64,000 nt of DNA from Mobula birostris (GCF_030028105.1 NC_092370.1:198134005-198198004); one strand, 5' to 3'; shown: positions 1-11,868, numbered from the stretch's first letter. Translations and numbers: made by a program. Notes: generated by a model not told the origin, from the letters alone.

Positions 1-808
1 TATAACATAGCAATACAGTAACATCAGTATGAATTAAGCAGTCTGATGGCCTGGTGGAAGAAGCTGTCCCGGAGCCTGTTGGTCCTGGCTTTTATGCTGC
101 AGTACCATTTCCCAAATGGTAGCAGCTGGAACAATTTGTGGTTGGGGTGACTCAGGTCTACGAGCCCTTTTTATGCACCTATCTCTGTAAATGTCCAGAA
201 TAGTGGGAAGTTCACATCTACAGATGCGCTGGGCTGTCTGCACCACTCTCTGCAGAGCCCTGCGATTAAGGGAGGAGTGATGCGGCCAGTCAGGATGCTC
301 TCAATCGTGCCCCTATAGAAAGTTCTTAGAATTTTGGGGGACCATACCATACTTCTTCAGCTGTCTGAGGTGAAAGAGGTGCTGTTGTGTCTTTTTCACC
401 ACTTAGACAGTATGTACAGACCACGTGAGATCCTCGGTGATGTTTATGCCAAGGAACTGAAAGCTGTTCATCCTCTCAATCCCAGACCCATTGATATCTA
501 TAGAGGTTAGTCTGTCTCCATTCCTCCTGTAGTCCACAACCAGGTCCTTTGCTTTTGTGACGTTGGGGGAGAGGTTGTTTTCTTGGCACCACTGTGTCAG
601 GGTGATGATTTCCTTTCTCTAGGCTGCCTCATTATTATTTGAGATTAGGCCAATCAGTGTAGAGTTGTCAGGAAATTTAATTAGCAGATTGAAGCTGTGG
701 GTGGCAACACAGTCATGGGTATACTGAGAGTAAAGGAGCGGGCCTGAGGGGCACCTGTGTTGAGGGTCAGAGGGACAGAGGTGAGGGAGCCCACTCTTAA
801 CACCTGCT
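1..808 (-). mobile_element. Rex1/Babar-type non-LTR retrotransposon, 3' fragment
   Basis: Minus-strand peptides YTHDCVATHSFNLLIKFPDNSTLIGLISNNNEAA (decayed FADD) and VQTAQRICRCELPTILDIYRDRCIKRARR, typical of the Rex1 RT C-terminus. Confidence 0.85.
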
Positions 809-1790
809 AACCTGAAAGCTGACAATGCATTTGCCTTCCTCACCATAGACTCAGCCTGCAAATTAACCTTTAGGGAGTCCTGCACAAGGACTCCCAAGTC
901 CCTTTGTGTCTCAGTTTTTTGTATTTTTTGTCCATTTAGAAAATAGTCAATCCTTTCATTTCTTCTACCAAAGTATATGTCCATATACTTCCTGACACTG
1001 TATTCCATCTGCCATTTCTTTGGCCATTCTCCTAATCTGTCCAAGCCCTCCTGTAGCCTCTGTGCTTCCTCAAAGCTTCTTGCACCTCCACTTGTCTTCA
1101 TGTTGTCTGCAAACCTTGTAACAAAGCCATCAATTCCACCATCTAAATCATTGACATATAAGATAAGGAAAATTGGTCCCAACAGAGACCCTTATGGAAC
1201 ACCACTAGCAGCCAGCCAGAAAAGGCCCCCTTTTTCTCACTCTTTGCCTCCTGCCAATCAGCCATTGCTTTATCCATGCTACATCTTTCCTGTAACTTGT
1301 TAAGCAGCTTCATGTGTGACACCTTGTCAAAGACCTTCTGAAAATCCAAGTGCACAACATCAGTTGATTCTCCTTTGTCTATCCTGCTTGTTACTTCTTG
1401 ATTTGTCAGGCAAGATTTTGCCTTGAGGGAACTATGCTGACTACGACCTATTTTATCATGTGTCTCCAAATACCTTGAGATCTTGTCCTTAATAATCAAC
1501 GCCAGCATCTTCTCGACCACTAATGTAAGACTAACTGGCCTACAGTTTCCTTTTTTTTTGCATTGCTCCGTTCTTGAAGATTGGAATGACATTTGCAATT
1601 TTCCAGTCTTTCGCAACCATTCCAGAATCTAGTGATTCTTAAAAGGTCATTACAAATGCCTCCAACGATCTCTTCAGACACCTCTTTCAGACTTTTGAGG
1701 TATACACCAACTGGTCCAGATAACTTATCTACCTTCAGACATTTCAGTTTCCCAATAACCTTCTCTTTAGTTCCGTTCGCCTTTCCTGGA
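809..1790 (-). mobile_element. CR1-type LINE ORF2 (RT) fragment, decayed
   Basis: RPVSLTLVVEKML, DVVHLDFQKVFDKV, FADNMK and RDLGVLVQDSLK spread over frameshifted ORFs 619-1801. Confidence 0.9.
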
Positions 1791-1819
1791 AGAGAGACCA
1801 ATGATCCAAAAATCTTATA

Positions 1820-2495
1820 CAGTCGTCCCTCGGTATCCGCGGGGGATTAGTTCCAGGACCCCCTGCGAATACCAAAATCCATGGATGCTCAAGTCTCTTA
1901 TATAAAATGGCATAGTATTTGCATGGAACCTACNNNNNNNNNNNNNNNNNNNNNNNNNNNNNNNNNNNNNNNNNNNNNNNNNNNNNNNNNNNNNNNNNNN
2001 NNNNNNNNNNNNNNNNNNNNNNNNNNNNNNNNNNNNNNNNNNNNNNNNNNNNNNNNNNNNNNNNNNNNNNNNNNNNNNNNNNNNNNNNNNNNNNNNNNNA
2101 ACACTGATGCTGCCTCGGCATCAGCCGATGCCGATTCTCCCGTGATCTTTAAGTTCTTGAGGCTGTGGCGCTTTACATAGCCAGCCAGCCATCCCTTACT
2201 AGCCCTAAACTCCTTCCTCTTGCTCACAACACAAGTAGTGAATGAACGAGATGCGAGGCGAACAATGCTCAAACAACGAGTGCTGGAGAGAGGCTGAGAA
2301 TCTGTGAAATGGTGGGAGGCTACAGCAGGGTATGCCTACACATTACTTCATTCACGTGGATTCAGCGTAGTGCTTGGTGTGCGGCAAACTCAAGTTTTGC
2401 TTTTTGGAACTTTCTGGAATTTTATTTCGAATACTTTTGATCCGTGGCTGGTTGAATCCGCGGATGCGGAACCTGCGGATACGGAGGGCCGACTG
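1820..2495 (-). mobile_element. pogo/Tigger DNA transposon (Tigger3/MER2-like), internally deleted, spanning an assembly gap
   Basis: TIRs CAGTCGTCCCTCGGTATCCGCGGG (1820) and CCTGCGGATACGGAGGGCCGACTG (ends 2495); TA TSDs at 1818-1819 and 2496-2497; CENP-B-type HTH remnant EFRASKGWLAGYVKRHSLKNLKITGESASAD on the minus strand. Confidence 0.92.
1934..2099. other. Assembly gap (166 N)
   Basis: Run of N inside the Tigger element. Confidence 1.
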
Positions 2496-2497
2496 TA

Positions 2498-3305
2498 CTC
2501 TCCCTCCTACACCAACTCCTTAGCCATGTATTAAACTCTGTAAAGTTCCTAGTTCTAGCCTCACTAGCATGTGGCACGTGTAGTAATCCTGAGAGCACAA
2601 TGCTGGAAGTTCTGCCCTTTAACTTAGCATCTAACTCCCTGAACTCCCTTTGCAGAACCTCGTCACTCGTCCTACCCATGACATTGGTACCGACATGGAC
2701 CATGACTTCAGACTGTTCACCATCCTGCTTAGGAATGCTGAGAAGGTGATCCAAGATATCCTGGACCCTGGCATCCGGAGGCAACATACCATCTGGAAAT
2801 CTCGTTCTTGCCCACAGAACCTCCTGTCCATTCCCTTAACTAATGATTCCCCTATCGCCACAGTACACCTCTTCTTCCCCTTTCCCAGCTGAGTCACAGA
2901 GGCAGACTCAGTGCCAGAGACCCGACCACTGTGACTTTCCTCTGTTAGGTCACCCTCCCCACAACAGTATCCAATGTGATGCGCCTGTTGTTAAGGGGGA
3001 TGGCCAAGGGGTACTCTGCACTGGCTCCTTAAGCTCTTTCCCCTTTCTGACTGTCACCTAGTTTCCTGTGTCCTGCACTTTGGGTGTAACTACCTCTCTC
3101 TATGTCCCATCTATCACCTCCTCAGCCTCTCAAATGATCTGGTGTTCATCCAGTTCCAGCTCCAGCTCTTTATTGTGGATTGTTAGAAGCTGCAGCTGGA
3201 TGCACTTTCCGCAGCTGTAGAGGTCAGGGACACTGGAGGTCTCCCTGCCTTCCCACATCCCACATGAGGAGCATTCAACTATCCTGCTTGTCATCTCTAC
3301 CTAGC
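2498..3305 (-). mobile_element. CR1 LINE ORF1 fragment (zinc finger plus SGNH esterase domain)
   Basis: IGESLVKGMDRRFCG...VCCL and VMVHVGTN (SGNH blocks); ECSSCGMWE...CGKCIQLQLL zinc-finger/zipper read on the minus strand at about 3180-3290. Confidence 0.85.
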
Positions 3306-3480
3306 TAAGCAGATATAAAAAAACAGAAAGTTTTTAAAACTGTACTTAGCAGAGTGCAGGAAAATGTACTACAGTTAAAGGAAAAGTAACCACAAAATAC
3401 TCTGCAGATGCTGGGGTCAAAGCAACACGCACTACACACTGGAGGAACTCAGCAGGTCGGGCAGCATCTGTGGAAAAGAT

Positions 3481-3518
3481 CAGTCAACGTTTCGGGCCGG
3501 AACCCTTCATCAGGACTG
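3481..3518 (-). ncRNA. Minimal type I hammerhead ribozyme motif
   Basis: Reverse complement reads CAGUC-CUGAUGA-AGGGUUCCGGCCC-GAAA-CGUU-GACUG: stem I, intact core, stem II, palindromic stem III and a GUU triplet. Confidence 0.8.
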
Positions 3519-3753
3519 AAGAGGGAAGGGGCAGAGGCCCTATAAAGAAGGTGGGGGGATGGTGGGAAGGAGAAGGCTGGTAGGTTCCAGGTGAAAAACC
3601 AGTAAGGGGAAAGATAAAAGCCTATCACCTGTCTGCTTCCCCTCCCCCACTCCTTTATCTTTCCCCTTATTGGTTTTTCACCTGGAACCTACCAGCTTTC
3701 CCCTTTCCACCCTCCCCCCACCTTCTTTATAGGGCCTCTGCCCCTTCCCTCTT

Positions 3754-3791
3754 CAGTCCTGATGAAGGGTTCCTGCCCGAAACATTGACTG
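3754..3791 (+). ncRNA. Minimal hammerhead ribozyme motif (stem III mutated)
   Basis: CAGUC-CUGAUGA-AGGGUUCCUGCCC-GAAA-CAUU-GACUG. Confidence 0.7.
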
Positions 3792-4249
3792 ATCATTTCC
3801 ACGGATGCTGCCCGACCTGCTGAGTTCCTCCAGCGTGTGGTGACTTAAAGGAAAAGGACAGGCAAAACACTAAGGAGATTTTATGAATGAATATTAGGGA
3901 ACAGCTGAGGATAAAAAGAGGCATAGATTATATACTTGGATAGCAGAAAGGAACATGGTAAGTGAGAATGCAGAAGGACTTAGGAACAAATATAAAAAAA
4001 GAAGACAAAGAGGAACAGTGATATTTAATAAGCAAGAAATATAAGACAAAATAGTAAAACAATAAAAAATTGGTGTTTTGGAAAACTAATGGGGCTGTTG
4101 AGTGACAGGCAGGACAATGCCACAAGAGGGTGAAGAAAAAAAGAATAAATTATTATATTATTTCATTATTCAAATATGACATTTGATGATAAGGTAAATA
4201 ATGAAATGTATGTATTTCAAATAGAAAATGGGGCTAAAAGCTAATCACA

Positions 4250-5180
4250 TTCAGAAGATTAGACTTCTGGCCCAGGTGCAATGCATCCACTCATTTCAAA
4301 AGAACCTAAGCAATGACAGAGGCATCTATTTAGTTGTTTGTTAGAAAAGGTATAAATACCAAAGGTATCACTCATAGGAACTGAGACAGTTATATGTAAG
4401 AATGAGATTGAATATTTCCAACAAGGTCAGACAATCAAACATTGGTGACAGGAAACTAATGGAATTTCTACTAAAGGAGAGATTAGAAAAGATGACAATT
4501 ACTGTATAACTAAATCTTGCTGAACTAGACATTGATTTTTTGAAGGTATAACAGAGGGTGAGTAGACAACAGTAATGTATCTGATTTGTATGTACTTTTC
4601 AAAAGCACATCAGTAGGCTACTCTATTGTAGATTAATGAATGTCAGGGAATACAGAGCCAGGAGACAAATTGCAGAATAGGTTGTTAATCGGCAAAAGGT
4701 CACATGTGTAGAGGAAGAAGGTGCATGGTCACGCTTCGTGAGGATCAATGCAAGAACCACTGCTAATCACAATGTACGTTAATGATTTAGGTTCCAAAAT
4801 CAAAGACATAGTTTCTAATTTTTTTACGATGCCAAATTGAATGGAAAAATCAGCACTGAGGAGAACTGCCACAAATTACAGAGAGACATGCATAAGGAGC
4901 AAATAATTGGCAAATGAATTTCAATTTAGATAAACATGAGGTCATCTGTTTATGTGGGAGGAAAAAGGAGAAGGTGCAAGTCTAGGTGGGTAGAGGGACA
5001 AAGGGATCTTGGGGTATAAGTACACTGAGCACTAAATCTTATGCTACGGATAACCATAAGAATGTAAACCAAGCACTAGACTTTATTTCCAGAAGGACAG
5101 AAATGAAACGTAGAGAACTTAAGTTAAACATGTATTAATCCTTAGATCAAATGACACTGAGAGTGCTGTGGTTCTCTTTT
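4250..5180 (+). mobile_element. Very old CR1-type LINE RT remnant
   Basis: Degenerate nucleotide similarity to CR1 RT landmarks (aaatcttgctgaactagac; gatgccaaattg; caaagggatcttggggta); no open frame. Confidence 0.6.
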
Positions 5181-5440
5181 ACAAATCTGCCACACTCAAG
5201 TATCCATTTTTCAAAAGATCGTAAGTGGCGATAGGTAAAAAAATGCCAGTCAACCCATTTTGTTGAAAATGTAAGGCTTGCGTTGGAATATCTAATAATT
5301 TTCTTCATTAATTCCAGGATTTTCTTGGATGGGCATGAGAGGTGTCTGAATTCTAGGTGTACTGAAGTGGCTCTGTATCCTATTTAACTATCCAATCTGC
5401 TACTGCAGATACCCATTGTATAGGATTTTTATTATATTAT

Positions 5441-5724
5441 TTAGAGATACATCTCGGAACTGGCTGTTCCAGCCCAAATGAGCTGCACTGCCCAGAAACC
5501 AACCTATTCAACACTAGCATAATCACGGGACAACCTACAATGACCAATTAGCCTACTAACCGATACATCTTTGGACTGCGGGAGGCAACCAGAACACCCA
5601 AAGGAAACCTACTCGCTCCCGGGAAGAATGTACAAACTTTCTTACAGAGGATGCTGGAATTAAATTCCAAATTCCGATGCCCGAGCTGTAATAGCGTCAC
5701 ACTTACCCCAACGCTACCGTAGCG
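5441..5724 (-). mobile_element. V-SINE (HE1-like) with CR1-type tail
   Basis: Minus strand contains the V-domain core (GGTTTCCTTTGGGTGTTCTGGTTGCCTCCCGCAGTCCAAAGA), a tRNA-like head and a CR1-like 3' end. Confidence 0.75.
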
Positions 5725-5894
5725 AAATTGGTTGAACTTGCCAATTGCTCTGGACATACGGGTCAACAGAAATTATGCTCAGGAGCAGAACAGTTCCCAG
5801 TTGTGCTCAAGGTTACAGTGTCTATTTAAGGAAACTGACCCCTTTCAGATCAATTTCACTGGGAAAGCAGCCCATTAATCTTCAGGGTCTGACC

Positions 5895-7593
5895 CTACTG
5901 TGCATGAAGGTGGATAAATCCCCTGGGCCTAACCAGATGCACTCTTGGACTTTGTGGGAGTCTAGAAGAGAAATTATGGAGGCTGTTGTGTAAATTTTGC
6001 TTCATCCTTAGGCACAGATGAAGTTCCCAAAGACCGGGATGTTCTTTTGTTCAGGAAATATAGCAAGGATAATTCAGGGAATTCAGCCTGACATCAGTAG
6101 TGGGGAAGTGACTGGAGGGAATTCTGACAAACAGGATCTACCATCATTTGGATAGACAGAGTCTTATTTGGAGGAGTGAGCGTAGCTTTGTGTGTGGACA
6201 GTCATGCTTCAAAGTTCAAAGTAAATTTGTTATAAAAGTACATATATGTCACCATCTCTGATACCCACTTTCTTGCAGGTGAAATAATAAGAGTCAATGA
6301 AAAACGACACATAAAGACTGACAAACAACCAATATGCAAATACAAAAAAAAAAGAATAAATTAATAAATAAATAATACGGAGAACTTAAGTTGTAGAGTC
6401 CTTGAAAGTGAAGTCATTGAACCTTTCAGAGTTGTTTGAAGCGATACCATAAAAGGTATATGAGGGAAGAGTAGTGGATGTTGTCTGTTCCAATCTGAGC
6501 AAGGCCTTCAACAAAGTCCAGCATGGTAGGTTGGTTTGGAAGATTAGGTCCCATGGAATCCAGAGAGAGCTAGTTTGGGGGATTCAAAATTGACTTGGAA
6601 GTAGGAAGCAGAGGGTGGTGATTGAAGGTTGTTTCTCAGAATCGAAGCCGGTAGCTATTGGTGTGCTGTAGGGGCTTCAGTTATTTACATAAATAATTTG
6701 GATGCAAATGCACAAGACTTGATCAGTCAGTTTGCAGATGATATGAAATTAGGGGGGGTGTTGTCAGTGAAGAAGGTTACTGTAGATAACAGGGGGACCT
6801 TGATCAGTTAGGATAATGGGTCAAGGACTGGCAAATAGATCTCAATACAGATGAGTGTGAGTAATACATTTTGGAAAGTCAAACCAGCGTAGGACTTGTA
6901 CTATAAATGGTGGTAGGGAGTGTAGTGGAGCAGGGGGATCTAGGAGTAGAGAGCATAGTTCATTGAAAGCAACATTACAGGTAGATAGTGTGGTGGGAAA
7001 GGCATTCAGAGCACTTCATCGGTCAGAATACCGAGTAAAGGAGCTTGAACGTTATATTGCAATCATCAGTGAGGTCACACCTGGAGTACTGTGCATAGTT
7101 TTAGTTCCTGCTATAGGAAATACACAGTTAAACTGGAAAGGGTGTAGAAAAGATTTACAAGGATGTCGCCAGGACTAGAGAGCTGAGTTATAAGGAGACA
7201 CTGGCCAGGCTCGCTCTTTATTTGGGATGTCGGAGAAGGAGGGGTGATCATTTGGAGGACTTATTATGAGGGTCTTTTCCCTAGGGAGGGGGAATCTAGG
7301 GGCATAGGTTTAGGGTGAGAGGTGAAAGACTTAAAAGGGACTTGAGAGACAAGTTTTTCATGCAGAGGGTGATGAGTATATGGAACGAGCTACCAGAACA
7401 ATTTGCTGAGGCAGGTACAGTAGTATTATTTAAGAAGCTGTTGGATAGGTACATGCAGGGGCAGGGCTTAGAGGAATAAAGGCAGAATGCAGGAAATTGG
7501 CACCAGATGGGTGGGCACCAAGGTTGGCATGGATCTGTTGGGCCAAAGGTTCTGTATCCCTACTCTATTGCTGTATGACTCATGACTCTATGA
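5895..7593 (+). mobile_element. 5'-truncated decayed CR1 LINE, with a Rex-type 3' tail inserted at about 6208-6415 (-)
   Basis: DKSPGPNQMH, SQFADDMKLGG; CR1 3' end with (atgact) repeats at about 7575-7593. Confidence 0.85.
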
Positions 7594-7594
7594 C

Positions 7595-7872
7595 AAAATC
7601 AGGGCTGATGCTGCAGTGCAGAGCTGGGCTGTGTTGCACTGTGGGAAGTGCTGTCATTTGAATGAGGTAATAAACTGAGACTCAGAGTTTGCTTGAAGCA
7701 CAGAGATGTTGCCCTTAAATCACATCATTAAATCTCTAGGCTCATAATTGCTGTTGTGGGAATGTGGGATCTTGATTGCTAAGTGGATGCCACTAAAACA
7801 GTGACAACACTTAAAAGTACTTCAGTTGACCTACAGTGATCTGCGATGTTCTAAAAGGGACATAAGTGTAAG
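7595..7872 (+). mobile_element. Ancient Deu-SINE (SacSINE1/AmnSINE-like) remnant, copy A
   Basis: gggctgatgctgcagtgcag...gttgcactgtgggaagtgctgtcatttgaatgag (Deu domain) and tail aacagtgacaacacttaaaagtacttca. Confidence 0.7.
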
Positions 7873-8151
7873 AATGATTTTTTTTAAGCAGATGATTCTC
7901 ACAAATTGGAGCTCTGTCTCCCCCACCCTCCCACTCCTCCCGATTGTTTTCAGCTGGTCAGGTTGCTTGTGTAACGCCCAGCATCTGATGAGCCGCAGTT
8001 GCCTCCTGTGGTAAGGACCATGGCGACGTTTGTTATGTAGAATCTCTACAGCAGCAGAATGGCATGTTGAACTTTCACTCCTGCACTTGGTATCAGAAAT
8101 CCAGGGGTATACATTTCAGGTGAGAGTGAACAGACTTCACTTGAGAAAGCA

Positions 8152-10103
8152 GCACACACAAAATGCTGGAGGAACTCAGCAGGTCAGGCAGCATCTATGG
8201 AAAGGAGTAAACAGTCGGTTTTTCTGGCCGAGACCCTTCATCAGGACGTGAAAGGGAGGGGGAAAATTCAGAATAAGAAGGTTGGGGGATGGGAAGAAGA
8301 AGTACAAGGTGGTAGGTGATAAGTGAAACCGGGAGAGGGCGAGGGGTGAAGTGAATATCTGGGGTGTCGATTGGTGAAAGAGATAAAGGGCTGGAGAAAG
8401 GGGAATCTGGTAGGAGAGGACAGCAGACTTTGGAAGAAAGGGAAGGGGGAGGATTATCGGAGGGAGGTAATGGGCAGGTAAGAAGGGAAGCTGAGTGAGG
8501 GAAACGAGAATGGGGAATGGTGAAGGTGGGGGGGACAATTACCGGAAGATTGAGAAATCGATATTCATGCCCTCAGGTTGGAGGCTACCCAGACAGAATA
8601 TAAGGTGCTGCTCCTTCAGCCTGAGTGTGGCCTTTCCGCAGCAATGGACTGACATGTCAGAGTGGGAATGGGAAGTAAAACTGAAATGGGTGGCCACCAG
8701 GAAATCCCGCTTTTTGCAGAGGACAGAGCAATGGTGCACAACAAAGCAGTCTCCCAATCTATGTCAGGTCTCACTGAAATACAGGAGGCCACATCGGGTG
8801 CACCGGATACTGTATAGTAGATGACCACGACAGACTCGCAGGTGAAGTGGTGCCTAACCTAGAAGGACTGTTTGGGGCCCTGAATGGTTGTGAAGGAGGA
8901 GGTGTGGCACTTGTTCTGCTTGCAAGGATAAGTGCCAAGAAGGATATCAGTGGGGAGGGACACGTGAGCAAGGGAGTCTCATAGGGGGCGATCACTGTGG
9001 AAAATGAGGGGGCTCTGGGAACAATGTGCTTGGTTGTGGGATCCCGTTGGAGGTGGCGGACATTACTGAGAATTATGTGCTGGATGCTTGTGGGGTGGTA
9101 AGTGAGGACAAGAGGAACCTGGTATGGCAGCGGGAGGATGGGGTGAGGGCGGCTGTGCATGAAATGGAAGAGATGCGGGTGAGGGCAGCATTGTTGGTGG
9201 AGGAAGGGAAGTCCCTTTTTTTGAAGAAGGAGGACATCTCAGTTGAAAACCTCAACCTGAGAGTAGATGTGGCAGAAACAGGGGAGCTGAGGAAAGGAGT
9301 CAATGGGTTCATAAAAATTATGAGTAGGTTGACTGTCTCAGGAGATGGAGATAGAAAGTTCAAGAAAGGTGAGAGAGATGTCAGAAATTGACCAAGTAAT
9401 TTTGAGGGCAGGGTGGAAGTTGGAGGCAAAGTTTTGGGAGATTGCTTTGTTGAGCACCTTCACTCCATCCGCTACAAAAAGCGGGATTTCCCAGTGGCCA
9501 CCTGTTTCAATTCTACTTCCCATTCCCATTTCGACATGTTAGTCCATGGCCTCCTCTACTGCCAGGATGAGGCCACACTCAGGTTGGAGGAGCAACACCT
9601 TATATTCTGTCTGGGTACCCTCCAACTTGATGGTATAAACATCGATTTCTTGAACTTCGGGTAATTGCCACCCCCCTCCTCCTTTCCTTCACCATTTCCC
9701 ATTCTTGTTTCCCTCTCTCACCTTATCTCCTTACCTGCCCACCAACTCCTTCTGGTGCTCCTGTGACTTCCCGTTCTTCCATGGTCTGCTGTCTTCTCTT
9801 ACCTGATTCCCCCTACTATAGTCCTTTATCTCTTTCACCAATCAACTTCCCAGCTCTTCACTTCACCCCCTCCTCCTCTCCTGGTTTCACCTATTACCTG
9901 CCACCTTGTACTTCTTCCTCATCGCCCCCCACCTTCTTATCCTGACTTCTCCCCTTCCTTTCCAGTCCTGATGAAGGGTCTTGGCCCAAAACATCGACTG
10001 TTTATTCTTTTCCATAGATGCTGCCTGATCTGCTGAGTTCCTCCAGTATTTTGTGTGTGTTGCTTTGGATTTCCAGCACCTGCAGATTTTCTCATGTTTG
10101 TCC
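8152..10103. mobile_element. Penelope-like element insertion with two inverted parts (8152-9425 minus, about 9430-10103 plus)
   Basis: RT C-terminal and GIY-YIG remnants (GDCFVEHLHSI...PVATCFNSTSHSH...RLEEQHLIFCLGTLQ); pLTRs with hammerhead motifs at 8212-8247 (-) and 9963-10000 (+); TSD CTTGAGAAAGCA 8140-8151 / CTTGAAAAAGCA 10104-10115. Confidence 0.9.
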
Positions 10104-10115
10104 CTTGAAAAAGCA

Positions 10116-10455
10116 TTGGATAAAGGTTTTTAGAATTCTGAATGATTTTGATGCAGTGGATATAAAGAGAAATACAGAATGTACAGATGAATATAACTGG
10201 AGAGAATCATAAGAAGGCAGTCCGTAAGAAATCCAGTTGGAATCCTGAAGGGACATCTTTGCTCAGAAGGTGGTGAGAATGTGGAATTGATTCCACCCGG
10301 AATAGTTGAAGCAAATAAAATTGGAGCATTTAAAGGCAGATTGGACAAGAATATAAGGGAGAAGGGAATGGAGAGTGACACTGAAAGATTTATATTAGGA
10401 AAGACTTGAAATAATTCAAATGGGGGATACATACTGGCTTGTATTGTAGGGGTCA
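10116..10455 (+). mobile_element. Old CR1 3' fragment
   Basis: ctcagaaggtggtgagaatgtggaatt...gcatttaaaggcagattggac corresponds to the FSQRVVxxWN region of CR1 ORF2. Confidence 0.65.
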
Positions 10456-10835
10456 AATTGCGTCATATATCATTCGCCAGCCTCCAGACACATCTTTACA
10501 ACAGGTTGACTTTGGTTAGTGGTCGAGTGAATGGTTGAATTCAAATGAGCAGGTGGAGGTAGCAGCTGGAAGCTGCTAACCTGCTGGCTGAATGGAAGAG
10601 TCACTGCTCCAAAGGTCCAGATTAAAACACGTCACTGTGTCTATCTGGCTGTGAAAGACGCTCTCCTGTTTCTCCATGCAGCAGCAGGCACCGAGCTGTG
10701 CCATCTGCTGCAGGCTGATTTATAATCATTTTCAAGACGGCAATAGTTCTCAGTTGCCATAAAGGTTAAAGTGACATTAAATTTTATGAAACCAGCTCCT
10801 TTCAGATCAATTCCAACTAAAAGAATTGAGGACAG

Positions 10836-11150
10836 AAATCAAGGGCTGGTGCTGCAGTGCAGTGCTGGGGAGTGTTGCACTATGGGACATGCTGTCTTTG
10901 AGATGAAGCAATAAGTGGAGAGTTGCTCGAAGGACAGGGACGTGGACCCCTAAATCGCACGTTAAAACACGGTATCTCTAGGCCTGAGTTGATGGGGTAA
11001 TAGTAGTATCTCTGGTCCCTGTTTATTGCTATTGTAGAAATGTGGGATCTTGTTGATTGCAAAGTGAATGCCACTTTTCTGACATTGAAACAGTGACATA
11101 ATTTTAAAAAATAATTCACTGTCCCTGAAGTGATTTGGGATGTTCTGACA
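10836..11150 (+). mobile_element. Ancient Deu-SINE remnant, copy B
   Basis: gggctggtgctgcagtgcagtgctggggagtgttgcactatgggacatgctgtctttgagatga...aaacagtgacata...gatttgggatgt. Confidence 0.7.
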
Positions 11151-11349
11151 TTTTCGCTTTTCACCACTTCTCCCAATCTCCTTGTTGTTTCCAATTTGTC
11201 ACTCAGCATTTGGTGAGCAGCACTATCCTCTAGCAGTAAGTAGCAAGGCTAAATTTGTTGGGCTTGAACCTCTGTAGCAGCAGAGAACTGTGTTGAAGTT
11301 ATGCTGTTCATTAGCTCCTCTCTATGTCCCCTTTGACCCTGACCAATTT

Positions 11350-11868
11350 TTATTGATGCACCATTGAATGCATCCTATCAGGATGCATCATAGCGTGGTA
11401 TAACAACTGCTCTGCCTGCAAGAAACTGCAGAGTTATGGCCACAGCTCAGTACATAATGGAAGCTGGCCTCCCAAAATACTTTCTGTTGCCTCAGTAAAG
11501 CAGCCAGTAAATCAAAGACCCCATCCACCCCAGATGTGCTCTCTTCTCCCCTCCCCTTTTAGGAAAAAGCTAGAAAAGTCTGAAAGCAAATACCACCAGG
11601 CTCAAGGACATCTTCTGTGCCACTGTTATAAGGTTTCCTTTGCATGATAAGAAGACTCTTGACCTCACAGTCTAACTCTTTATGGCCTTACAACTTATTG
11701 TCTACTTCCTATGTAGCTGTTAAACTTTATCCTGGATTGTTATTGTTGTACCTTCTACTACCTCAGTGAAGTGCATAATTATTTGGTCGGTATGAACAGA
11801 ATGCAAGACAAGATTTTCACTCTATGTTGATACATATGACCATAACAAATCAATTCCAATTCCAATAG
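11350..11868 (+). mobile_element. Rex1/Babar LINE 3' fragment
   Basis: Decayed FYRCTIESILSGCITAWY-like coding; accaccaggctcaaggaca; 3' tail (caattc)n. Confidence 0.75.

Larger units (their letters stand above)
3387..3844. mobile_element. Penelope-derived fold-back element (two inverted pLTR fragments)
   Basis: Arms at about 3440-3618 and 3653-3843 are near-perfect reverse complements; perfect 12-bp TSD TTAAAGGAAAAG at 3375-3386 and 3845-3856. Confidence 0.9.
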
